In this document: positions 1 to 7,936 of the stretch, one piece after another | Layout of the letters: each line of letters opens with the position of its first letter | Numbering within the stretch: position 1 is the first letter of the stretch | Virus record (IMG/VR): IMGVR_UViG_3300033148_008025 | Coordinates: 32,001-96,000 of that record | Strand: one strand, 5' to 3' | Source: a virus | Length of the DNA: 64,000 bases | Made by a program: the position numbers and the translations under genes | The notes under the pieces: model-generated | Databases searched by the model: none | Told to the model about the DNA's origin: nothing | Seen by the model: only the letters and a program-made list of their open reading frames with translations

Positions 1-554
1 GAGATATCCCCCGGGTGGGGGTTTGACTCAATTTCGACTTTGTATCGCTTTACTGCGCGATTTGAATCGGTCCTCTCGTTAAAGACCTCCTTCCTTTCTT
101 TCTCCCAACGCTCCAAGTTGATTCCGATATCAACAACTTTTAGGAGAGCCGCTTTCTGCTCTTTGTCCCCGAGCCTGGAAAACTCAAGAGGATCTAGGAA
201 TCGGCTGCCGATGATCCGATCCAGGACTTTTTGAGGGGAGGAAACTTTACCGTCACGTCCTGTTACCTTGAGTGACGATGTTCCGCTTTTGAGGAAACGC
301 TTGTGAACGTCGTACTCGAGCTTCTCTGCATCGTCCCTGAGCTTGAGTTTGATGTCTGCCTGATCTTCCCCTTCTCGGATTGGTTTCGCGGGGTCTTCGT
401 TCTTTCCGCCGAGGGCGTTGGTGATGGCATCGATAACGGAGCTCTTCCCTTGCTTGTTCAGGCCGCCGATGAGCATAAGGCTGCTTGCTTTGGGCTCGAT
501 GACTACCTTCTTCAGGCACTTGTAGTTTTCTATGTCAACTAGGATAATTTTCAT
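1..554 (-). CDS. SMC/Rad50/RecN-like P-loop ATPase, N-terminal part (runs off the window edge)
   Basis: Absent from the ORF track because it has no stop in the window. Manual translation from ATG at 554 gives MKIILVDIENYKCLKKVVIEP...LIGGLNKQGKSSVIDAI, with the typical i.N(F/Y)K start and a Walker A, followed by the start of a coiled coil. ATGA overlap with 551..736. Confidence 0.8.
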   Translation of the reverse strand, partial: MKIILVDIENYKCLKKVVIEPKASSLMLIGGLNKQGKSSVIDAITNALGGKNEDPAKPIREGEDQADIKLKLRDDAEKLEYDVHKRFLKSGTSSLKVTGRDGKVSSPQKVLDRIIGSRFLDPLEFSRLGDKEQKAALLKVVDIGINLERWEKERKEVFNERTDSNRAVKRYKVEIESNPHPGDI

Positions 555-736
555 TTTGCTTCTCCGGATGATTCTTGGTGCTTGATGTGAAGGTCGACAA
601 TTTCTACGATAGCAATAGCTAGAACAACGGCATTCTCCGCGTCCTCATTCGCACTTGTATCAGCGCTGTGTGTGTAGATGTGTCCGACGATATTCCCGGC
701 CATCCGGCAAATCATGCTTCTGTCTTTTGGGTTCAT
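551..736 (-). CDS. hypothetical protein (61 aa)
   Basis: ATGA overlap with the downstream ATPase; lies in a tightly packed - strand operon. Confidence 0.6.
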   Translation of the reverse strand: MNPKDRSMICRMAGNIVGHIYTHSADTSANEDAENAVVLAIAIVEIVDLHIKHQESSGEAK

Positions 737-756
737 TTGGTTCTTTCTTACGGCTG

Positions 757-1131
757 CTACTGGGACAGTCTTTTTGTTTCATATGCACGATGATTTGCAT
801 CTGCGACTGCTCCGGAAAATTCGCGCAGAACGGCATCTTCACTGACTCCGACATCCTGATCGAGCCCGGTTCTGTAGCTTTTGTAGGCTGTCCAGGCTTC
901 GTAAACTTCATACGACCCATGGCAGTGTGATGGCATTTCCATGTAGATGAAGGAAGCGATTGCAGGCAGTGCTGCTACGGTATCCTGGTCGGCCCTCCCT
1001 ACCCCTTCAAGGAAGTCGTTGGCAAGAATCGCTCGCATGCAGTCACCGGTTCTTGTCCCCTTCTCTGCGTAGCTGATTAGCGAGTGGAGTAAGTGTGGGG
1101 GGATATTGGATTTGTCTCTCGGGTCAGTCAC
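757..1131 (-). CDS. hypothetical phage protein
   Basis: GTG start at 1131 overlaps the upstream TGA (GTGA), with an AAGGA SD; sequence includes ILANDFLEGVGRAD. Confidence 0.65.
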   Translation of the reverse strand: MTDPRDKSNIPPHLLHSLISYAEKGTRTGDCMRAILANDFLEGVGRADQDTVAALPAIASFIYMEMPSHCHGSYEVYEAWTAYKSYRTGLDQDVGVSEDAVLREFSGAVADANHRAYETKRLSQ

Positions 1132-1484
1132 AGCATCCTTTCTTTGAGCCACTCTGTGACTTCTATGATTTCTCTGTCGGTTAGGCTACGAGGTGTTCCG
1201 TCTTCATTGGCGGCTCTAAAAACCGCCGGTCCGACGATCACATCAAAGTCGATATTGATGTTCATTTTCATTCCACTGATCTTTCCTTCTTCGTTACACC
1301 AAAGGTCTACATTCGCGGGGAGGCCTATGGGATTTCCTGGCATCACCTGGAATAGGCCCCCAACAATCTCCTGTAGGACCGAAATTTCATCGTCTGGAAT
1401 GAACCATGGGTACGGTGGCTCCTCCGGGTTTCTGATAATTACGAGTGACATCGCTTCTTTGTTTTCCGACAAGGTGTTGTTCAT
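1128..1484 (-). CDS. DUF3846-like protein
   Basis: LQEIVGG...LWCNEEGK...N...D.IVGPAVF pattern; ATG at 1484 with AAGGA and an ATGA overlap. Confidence 0.7.
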   Translation of the reverse strand: MNNTLSENKEAMSLVIIRNPEEPPYPWFIPDDEISVLQEIVGGLFQVMPGNPIGLPANVDLWCNEEGKISGMKMNINIDFDVIVGPAVFRAANEDGTPRSLTDREIIEVTEWLKERML

Positions 1485-1714
1485 TTCCTTTGTTTGAGGC
1501 CTGCAACAAATCCGTAGTTGGCCATGGCGGCGCACAAGACAGACTTGTCATCGCACAGGTTTTGCGCAACGGTGCTGAAAACCCGGAGGTTTTCGTTGGC
1601 CAGGTCTGCGGCTTCCTCTTCTGAATCGAGGTGTAGTAGGTTTTTGATATTGCGGATGCAGGCGATGGCCATGTTCTTGCCACCAACTTCTTTGATCTTG
1701 TCTAGGTCTTCCAT
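1481..1714 (-). CDS. hypothetical protein (77 aa)
   Basis: First gene of the block; GGAG SD; ATGA coupling to the next gene. Confidence 0.65.
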   Translation of the reverse strand: MEDLDKIKEVGGKNMAIACIRNIKNLLHLDSEEEAADLANENLRVFSTVAQNLCDDKSVLCAAMANYGFVAGLKQRK

Positions 1715-1741
1715 TGGACTCCCGTGCTTGTGGTTCAGGGC

Positions 1742-1750
1742 CCTTATGCC
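1742..1750 (-). promoter_or_regulatory. GGCATAAGG motif, putative phage-specific promoter
   Basis: Exact copy 27 nt upstream of the ATG at 1714; one of five intergenic copies. Confidence 0.65.
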
Positions 1751-1791
1751 ATCAGATTGCAGCTGGGTTGCTGGTATGCGACGATACGGTC

Positions 1792-3027
1792 ATGAACCAT
1801 TTCCTATCTGGCTTCACCGATGAATTGGTGAAGATCGCAGTAGACAGAGAGTCTGGAAAAGGAAACGGGCTTGGCCTCCTGGAGGCCGGGATGGTGGCAT
1901 CGACAATTGCTCCATTTATGGGGCTCATCGGAGAAGAGAAGATTCTCCACGACCCACATGTGCAGAAAAGCATCATGAGGTTTACCTCACTGGAATCCCT
2001 CGAGCGTCACGCAAGGCCTGGAGATATTGTCCTGATGAGCGGGCCCAGAGATCCTACCAGGCCTGTTACCACCGCAATATCCGGAACAGACTGGTCTCAT
2101 GCACAGCCGGTCGTTGGCGTTCGAGACGGAAAGGCCGTAACCCTCAGCGCAGGTCGATTCAACAGAAGAGATGTGAAGGTAAAAACTCGTGCAGATTTCA
2201 TGAAGATGGCTCCAACGCTGGCCAAAGATATGAAGTCATGGGGATATACCGATGCAGTAATTCTTCGTCCAAAAAACAAGATGAGCAATACAGACTTAAA
2301 GAAGTTTGTTGACGAGGTCGTCGATCGGTCGCGTATGCCGTGGGATGCAAAGAAAGCAGTTAGCGGGGTTGCTAAAGATCTGTTTATTCCAAAGCGAATG
2401 GTTTCAGAAGGGGCTCTTAAAAAAATAGAAGGTCAGACGATGATTCGCTATGGGAACATTGTAGATCCTGTTTCCGGCAAGAAGGTTCGAGTCCCAATGA
2501 CGTGCAAGGGAAACACCTGTTCGGGCTTAAGTGCACAGGCAGCTAGAATTGCTGGCGGTGGAGCAATCCTAGGCAGCAAGCTCCCAGCAGATATATTGCC
2601 AGCAGACTTCGTTCGTTCGAAACAGTATCGTCCAGTAGGCGCAGTGATTAACAAAAGCAAGCTTCCAGTAAAAATCCTTCCATACCTAACCCGAGCGGGA
2701 GTGGGTACCGCTGCCGCCGGAGGCATCTACGCAGCCCATGAGCGACCGGAACTGTTGGCAGCAGGAGTAGGAGCAGCGGGAGGATCTGCGCTCCAGGGGG
2801 CGTTGACAAGGCGGATAGGAAAGGCAATGGGGCTATCCTACGGACAGACAAGTCGTAAGATTCCAAATCTGATGAGATCAGTGCAAAAAACAGTGTCCTC
2901 ACCCACGACCATTGGCAGGGTAAGCCCAATCTTAAAATATCTAGCAATGGCAACTCCGATGAGAGTTCTTGGCGGGCTAGCTGCCCTCAAGGTGGGCCGG
3001 GTAGCGCTTGGCCGAGAAGGAGAATAG
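1792..3027 (+). CDS. permuted NlpC/P60 (YiiX/YebB-like) papain-fold protein with DELxKxA leader
   Basis: PGDIVL...WSHA (His), MPWD, CSGL (Cys), ILPADF in the permuted His-before-Cys order; N-terminus MNHFLSGFTDELVKIA. Confidence 0.7.
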   Translation: MNHFLSGFTDELVKIAVDRESGKGNGLGLLEAGMVASTIAPFMGLIGEEKILHDPHVQKSIMRFTSLESLERHARPGDIVLMSGPRDPTRPVTTAISGTDWSHAQPVVGVRDGKAVTLSAGRFNRRDVKVKTRADFMKMAPTLAKDMKSWGYTDAVILRPKNKMSNTDLKKFVDEVVDRSRMPWDAKKAVSGVAKDLFIPKRMVSEGALKKIEGQTMIRYGNIVDPVSGKKVRVPMTCKGNTCSGLSAQAARIAGGGAILGSKLPADILPADFVRSKQYRPVGAVINKSKLPVKILPYLTRAGVGTAAAGGIYAAHERPELLAAGVGAAGGSALQGALTRRIGKAMGLSYGQTSRKIPNLMRSVQKTVSSPTTIGRVSPILKYLAMATPMRVLGGLAALKVGRVALGREGE

Positions 3028-3029
3028 GC

Positions 3030-5129
3030 ATGAACGGCATCCTTACAGGCTTCATAGATGAACTGACAAAGGTATCATCCCAAAAAGAGAAAGAAGCGCC
3101 ACTATACGAAGCAATCATGCGTCCAGGCGAACATGGTCGCGTTAGTATGAAACCGGCTGGTGCAGCACTCGGTGGAACAGTTGGAGCCCTGCTTGGAGAT
3201 TTTGCATCAAAGCGTGCAAGACTTGGCAGCAAATCCAGTATTGGAACAAAGCTTATTCGCGGTAGTGGTATTGCAGGCTTACTGGCTGGAGCCTTGCTTG
3301 CGCCAGGCGGAAAGAAGTCAAAGAAACGATCCGTCGACCTGATTCCGTCGAATCGCGCAGCAAGGGAGATTGCTGCAAAGTCAAAATCACACGAAAAGAA
3401 AGCTGCAGCAAAAACCCACCTAACGCCAGACTCATCCAACATTAACGGTTTCAGCTATGACCCCAGAGCTAAGCAGCTGACCGTGACGTTCAAGGGCGGA
3501 TCGACGTACAGATACAGGGGTGTACCGCAAGCCACCTTTCGCTCACTCAGGCGAAACAAGAGCGCCGGCAAGACACTTAACCGTCTCGTCAAAGCCAGGG
3601 ACTACGAGTACGAGAAGATTGCCAAGAAGAAAAAGCAGAAGTCCTACAAGTGCAAGTTCTGTAAGGACCAAGCTACCAAGGGCGTCATATGGGCCGAAGG
3701 CCGCGGCATCGTTCCCTGCTGTGATAAGCATCTTGGCAAAGGCAAATCTTCTATTGATGATCCGAAAGACATCGACCTGATTCGGGACCTGACAAAGCAG
3801 GCTGGATCTAAATTCACCACCTTCCTTCGGACAGCTCCAGAAGAAAAGCTTTTGGCAGCCCTCGAGAATGTTGTCGGATCTGCCAGGCCAACCTATTACA
3901 AGTCCCTCGATATTACGAAGTTCATGAACTATCTCAGGGGTGGCGGTGACAAGTTTGCTCCGAGCATTTCTTCGATGAAGAGAGATGAATTGGTTAAGGC
4001 CGTTCGCCAGCGACTCGCCGCAGGGTTTCCGAAACAGAGGCTTCGGCATACGAAGGATGGCGATGTTGAATTTGGGCGTAGTCTGAAGGAACGTGCGGGA
4101 TCTAAGATGATCCGAGTTAGTCATGGTGGAAGCGCATCCGAGCTTGAGTCGATCATCAAGTATGGTCCCAACGCGGCGGTTCCTGTTGTCCCCGGTGCGG
4201 CTGGAAAAAAAGAAGTTGTCGGACTTTTTGTTCATAAACCCTCCGATGTTTTAGCGGAACGTCTTCCAGGATACGCCAAGAGGCGGGTGGCCTACGCCGG
4301 AGGAAAACCCGCAGTTCTTAGTTTTGATATCCCAGAGAGATTGATTTCTGAGGGGGGGCGAATTGGGGGTGGTGAACATATAGTTCCGGCAAGCCTTTGG
4401 CGGTACGCGAAGAACACAAAGATCACCAAAGTAGGAGGCTCCTTGCTTGAAAAGACTTCTTCAGATGCACAGCGAGCATTCTACGCTTCAACCAGCATCT
4501 CCCCCTACTACGCCAAAAGGCAGCGCGACAAGCGCAAGCAGCAGGAGATCAATCGCCTGTTGAAGAAAGCAGGCTTCTTGCGCGAGCGCGTCCGCGAAGG
4601 TAACTCGAGTGATCTTATTGGTCGCATGACGAAAAAACGCCGTCAAATCGAGAAGATAGCCGGTGCGTGCGTGAAGACTCTTACCTGGGGAGGACTCACG
4701 ATGAAGTTTGAGTACCTCAAGGATGACATCAGGTCTGGTACCGGGGAAGGCGGAAAGAAGTGGTCTCGTAAAATGAAGGACTGCTATGGATACATTCCCA
4801 ACACCTACGGCAAGGGCGCAGATGGGGAAGCCATTGACGTCTACTTCCAGCCCGATCCGACTGACGGCCCGGTCTTCAAGATCCGTCAGCTAAAAAAAGA
4901 GGGTGGCTATGACGAGGACAAGTTTATGGTCGGGTATGGAACATCCAAGGCGGCAAAAGCAGCCTTCGACAGGAACATGCCAGCATGGGCCTTTGGTGAT
5001 ATCACCAGTCTATCAATGAAAAGTTTTCGAACACTTGTAGGCCAAAGCGGCAGCAAGATTCGTGTACCATCAGACAGCAACGCCGAGCGCGAGCGGGTTC
5101 GCCGGGCCATGGAAAGAAAATCAGCATGA
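3030..5129 (+). CDS. polyvalent multidomain protein: leader, Gly-rich helices, KTSC domain, Zn finger, ART-like domain, InPase-like domain
   Basis: KTSC: SSNINGFSYD...LTVTFKGGSTYRYRGVP...SAG. Zn finger: CKFC...CCDKH. ART-like: VSHGGS...IIKYG...GLFV...GYA...EHIV. InPase-like: W...M...YGYIPNT...DGEAIDVY...YDEDKFMVGY. Confidence 0.75.
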   Translation: MNGILTGFIDELTKVSSQKEKEAPLYEAIMRPGEHGRVSMKPAGAALGGTVGALLGDFASKRARLGSKSSIGTKLIRGSGIAGLLAGALLAPGGKKSKKRSVDLIPSNRAAREIAAKSKSHEKKAAAKTHLTPDSSNINGFSYDPRAKQLTVTFKGGSTYRYRGVPQATFRSLRRNKSAGKTLNRLVKARDYEYEKIAKKKKQKSYKCKFCKDQATKGVIWAEGRGIVPCCDKHLGKGKSSIDDPKDIDLIRDLTKQAGSKFTTFLRTAPEEKLLAALENVVGSARPTYYKSLDITKFMNYLRGGGDKFAPSISSMKRDELVKAVRQRLAAGFPKQRLRHTKDGDVEFGRSLKERAGSKMIRVSHGGSASELESIIKYGPNAAVPVVPGAAGKKEVVGLFVHKPSDVLAERLPGYAKRRVAYAGGKPAVLSFDIPERLISEGGRIGGGEHIVPASLWRYAKNTKITKVGGSLLEKTSSDAQRAFYASTSISPYYAKRQRDKRKQQEINRLLKKAGFLRERVREGNSSDLIGRMTKKRRQIEKIAGACVKTLTWGGLTMKFEYLKDDIRSGTGEGGKKWSRKMKDCYGYIPNTYGKGADGEAIDVYFQPDPTDGPVFKIRQLKKEGGYDEDKFMVGYGTSKAAKAAFDRNMPAWAFGDITSLSMKSFRTLVGQSGSKIRVPSDSNAERERVRRAMERKSA

Positions 5130-5806
5130 GTTACAATTTTTTGAACGGTTTCGTCGACGAGCTCACAAAGACCGCGGGTCCAACCGACCTGGCCAAGCCT
5201 CCCGGGCAGACCATGGAGGTGAAGATTCCTAAGCCCCCCAAGCCACTCCAGGCGCCCAAGCCGGCTACCATGGAGAGCAAACCTGCCGCCGTTCTTCCCA
5301 AGACTGCAGGTGTGAAAGACATGCTTGGCACCATGGGCTCCGCAGTCAAGAAGATGGTGACTAGCGATAAGGCTGTTCGTGCCAAGGTGAAAGCTGGGGA
5401 CTTGGCAGCCAAGGCAAAGTTTCACGGAGCCAAGGCCAAAGGAAGAGGGCAAGACCTTGCCGGAAAAGCTAAGGCATATGCTTCGACAAAGGGCCACCAG
5501 TGGAATGCACTTTCTCCTGCAGAGAAGAAGCGCTACATGGCTATCGCCGGTGCCGGAACGGCCGCCGGTGTTGCTGCTGGGGCCGGTGCATCGAAGCTTG
5601 CTGGCGAAGATAAGGCTGGCGCAATGATCAAGGAAGTGCTTGAAAACGCCAAAGGGAAAAATCGTCCTGAGTCCAAGTCCGGCGATTCCGTTGGGGGCGA
5701 GTACGGTGCGGGTGGGGGTCTTTCAAACTTTGAAGGCAAGACTGCTCCAAAGTTCAACAAGAAGTACAATCCCACCGACATGCCTCAGGCGTTCGGAAAG
5801 CGATAG
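5126..5806 (+). CDS. Lys/Ala-rich putative internal head protein with DELxKxA leader
   Basis: MSYNFLNGFVDELTKTAG; basic Lys/Ala-rich region; Gly/Ala hydrophobic helix; ATGA overlap. Confidence 0.6.
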   Translation: MSYNFLNGFVDELTKTAGPTDLAKPPGQTMEVKIPKPPKPLQAPKPATMESKPAAVLPKTAGVKDMLGTMGSAVKKMVTSDKAVRAKVKAGDLAAKAKFHGAKAKGRGQDLAGKAKAYASTKGHQWNALSPAEKKRYMAIAGAGTAAGVAAGAGASKLAGEDKAGAMIKEVLENAKGKNRPESKSGDSVGGEYGAGGGLSNFEGKTAPKFNKKYNPTDMPQAFGKR

Positions 5807-5811
5807 CACTT

Positions 5812-6438
5812 ATGATTTTCAGAGTGCTCAGGATCGTAGTGATCCTCCTGATTGCCGCTGGTGGAATCCTTGGAATCTACAGCATGCATCACAGGGAAAC
5901 CCTACATGAGCCAACGTGGGATGAGAGGGGAATTGCTGTCGAGCACAGGAGGGGAGATATTCCTCTTTCCGTTTTCGTTGATCGAAGCTTTGGAGGCGAC
6001 CACGTAGCAAGCGCAGAGAGAGCGATTTCCAGTATCAACCGTGATGCCGGATGTACTCTTATGAGCCCAATCTATCTGCTGGACAATGCTGATATCCATA
6101 TTCGCCATGAGGCTTGCGATGAGGGTTCGGAGTTTCAGCCAAATCACCCAGGCTGCACCTGGTCAAATCCTTCCAGGGAGCGCACGATTATCCAGGTTGG
6201 ACAACCAGGTAATACGACAACATCGTACTTAATCTTCTACCACGAACTCACACATGCCATAGGCTTGGCTCACGACGGCGTATATGTCGTCCCAGGGCGA
6301 GGAGATGAATCCTTGATGTTTGTCCCGATCACTGCCAACAACGCCCACGAGCACAGCTACAGGCTTGGTATAGGGAAGCATCTGCCTTCCATGTCTGACA
6401 AAGATCGAAGCGTGCTGAAACAGCGATACTGTGAGTAG
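5812..6438 (+). CDS. membrane-anchored matrixin-like (metzincin) zinc metalloprotease
   Basis: N-terminal hydrophobic helix; HELTHAIGLAH (HExxHxxGxxH); Met-turn SLM. Confidence 0.85.
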   Translation: MIFRVLRIVVILLIAAGGILGIYSMHHRETLHEPTWDERGIAVEHRRGDIPLSVFVDRSFGGDHVASAERAISSINRDAGCTLMSPIYLLDNADIHIRHEACDEGSEFQPNHPGCTWSNPSRERTIIQVGQPGNTTTSYLIFYHELTHAIGLAHDGVYVVPGRGDESLMFVPITANNAHEHSYRLGIGKHLPSMSDKDRSVLKQRYCE

Positions 6439-6440
6439 CT

Positions 6441-6488
6441 AAAAAAAGACCCATCTTCGCAGAGGTTCCACGCAGTGCGAAGAGGGTC
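6441..6488 (-). terminator. Rho-independent terminator of the - strand operon
   Basis: Stem GACCC-TCTTCGCA / TGCGAAGA-GGGTC followed by T7 on the - strand, between convergent genes. Confidence 0.7.
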
Positions 6489-6511
6489 AAAGCTGACATC
6501 ACTGCCAGCTA

Positions 6512-6742
6512 TTAGTAGATAGCGACGGCGACGCCCGCTCCAAGTGTAACAAGGTCTTCAGCAAGGTAGTGGCCTTTGCCTTTGACGAAGTACTTTACGT
6601 GGTCTGGGACGACGACTTCCTTGTTTCCGATTCCGAATACGAGGAATCCCTCGCTGAGGTGAAACCCTTTCTCGGGGTCTTTGTCGGCCCCAACTTCTAG
6701 AAGGAACTTTGCTACGGTTTCAGTATCTCCAATCCAGCTCAT
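6512..6742 (-). CDS. hypothetical protein
   Basis: ATG at 6742 in an ATGA overlap with the upstream gene. Confidence 0.6.
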   Translation of the reverse strand: MSWIGDTETVAKFLLEVGADKDPEKGFHLSEGFLVFGIGNKEVVVPDHVKYFVKGKGHYLAEDLVTLGAGVAVAIY

Positions 6743-6987
6743 TGATGGGGTCTCCCGTGTTTTGTTTCGAGCCTGTGAATACACTCACGCAATGCATCTT
6801 CCGGCTCTTTGTGTTCATTTCTTGAATAGTCGTAAACCCGATCTGGTCCGAGTTTGATGACGCATCGCTCTATTCCGGTTCTATCTAGAACCTCAGAGAT
6901 GATGTTTACTGGCGTGTCTTTACTTACACTCAGATCGAGATAGACGAGTTCACGCAGCTCTCTGATGCACTGGTTGTAGTCAAGCAT
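6739..6987 (-). CDS. hypothetical protein (82 aa)
   Basis: Overlaps both neighbours in the operon. Confidence 0.6.
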   Translation of the reverse strand: MLDYNQCIRELRELVYLDLSVSKDTPVNIISEVLDRTGIERCVIKLGPDRVYDYSRNEHKEPEDALRECIHRLETKHGRPHQ

Positions 6988-7426
6988 CTACCATCTCAGG
7001 GCTGATCGCTACGGCAACTTGCGCAGGGCGTAGCAACTTCCCCTTTCGGGTGTACCCTTGCCTAACTTGGCCGGCAACGTGGTGGTGTGGGATTTCTGCA
7101 GATGGGACCTCTGCAACTGCTTCCATTGTCTGTGGATCGAATGGCATTCCTTCCGCTGGTACGGCCTGGATGCCAATTTCTAGCAGTTTATGAATGAGAT
7201 GGCCTAGTGCCATGTCAATCCCACGTATCGCATCTTTCTTCCTAATGCCCTTCTGCTTTAGGCTGTTTGTTGCTCGAGCAAAATCATCAATTGCATCCAG
7301 CAGGAGACAGGCAATGTTTTCCTCCCCCTGCTCCCTTGCTCTCGACACGGCTACTGCCGTTTGCTTTCTCATGTTTTCGATTTGAGCAAGCGCTCGCTTG
7401 TACCGATCTTCTTCTTCGTTAGTCAC
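6980..7426 (-). CDS. grpE: GrpE nucleotide exchange factor, N-terminally short
   Basis: DRYKRALAQIENMRK, LLDAIDDFARA, G.PFDPQTMEAV, RQGYTRKGKLLRPAQVAVA; GTG at 7426 with AGGAG SD 6 nt upstream. Confidence 0.9.
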   Translation of the reverse strand: MTNEEEDRYKRALAQIENMRKQTAVAVSRAREQGEENIACLLLDAIDDFARATNSLKQKGIRKKDAIRGIDMALGHLIHKLLEIGIQAVPAEGMPFDPQTMEAVAEVPSAEIPHHHVAGQVRQGYTRKGKLLRPAQVAVAISPEMVDA

Positions 7427-7448
7427 AGTAAACTCCTGTGTGTTTTGT

Positions 7449-7537
7449 GGTGGCGACTCCACTACCTTCAAGAAAGTGGGGGACAGCGCAACAAGGCACT
7501 GTCCCCCGGGTTTCCCAGAGGAGGAGTCCAAGCCACC
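7449..7537 (-). ncRNA. candidate structured RNA (multi-way junction) upstream of grpE
   Basis: Outer stems GGTGGC/GCCACC and GACTCC/GGAGTC; 12-bp inner stem GGGGGACAGTGC/GCGCTGTCCCCC; two small hairpins; intergenic. Confidence 0.45.
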
Positions 7538-7566
7538 GCCAAGGTCTAAAATAAATCTGAGTGAAC

Positions 7567-7604
7567 AAAAAGGTGGCCCCGACACATTCGTGTCGAGACC
7601 ACCT
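7567..7604 (-). terminator. Rho-independent terminator
   Basis: AGGTGG/CCACCT and CGACAC/GTGTCG stems followed by T5 on the - strand, just after the 7611 stop. Confidence 0.6.
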
Positions 7605-7610
7605 GAGTCC

Positions 7611-7862
7611 CTAGGATGGGAGGGTTTCTTCTTTTGCTGCCTCAGTGGCAGGGAGTGTGATTTGCTTCTTGAGCTCAGACACTTCCTCCTGCAGTTTTGG
7701 GATGCAGACGTTCTCGGCTTTCAGCTCGATCAGGCCAGACTCAAGAAACTCAACCTTTTCGTTGAGCTCTTTCACCTTACGCCCGCGGAGGATTATTCCT
7801 CCAAGTGTTCCAGCCACGAAGCCAGCTGCAGCAGTAATTCCAGTTTTGATAATATCGGTCAT
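7611..7862 (-). CDS. small membrane-anchored coiled-coil protein
   Basis: Gly/Ala hydrophobic helix then heptad pattern; GGAG SD. Confidence 0.65.
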   Translation of the reverse strand: MTDIIKTGITAAAGFVAGTLGGIILRGRKVKELNEKVEFLESGLIELKAENVCIPKLQEEVSELKKQITLPATEAAKEETLPS

Positions 7863-7905
7863 ATTGGACTCCAATTCTGAGTAGGGGTGATTCCCTCTCT
7901 ACAGT

Positions 7906-7914
7906 CCTTATGCC
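7906..7914 (-). promoter_or_regulatory. GGCATAAGG motif
   Basis: Exact intergenic copy about 44 nt upstream of the ATG at 7862. Confidence 0.65.
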
Positions 7915-7936
7915 CGATAGGCTGCTGTGCCTGGCT

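Noticed and set aside
7449-7537. tRNA interpretation of the cloverleaf-like structure
   Set aside because: It has no 7-bp acceptor stem with CCA, no paired T-arm around TTCAAGA and no proper anticodon arm. It is kept only as an unclassified structured RNA.
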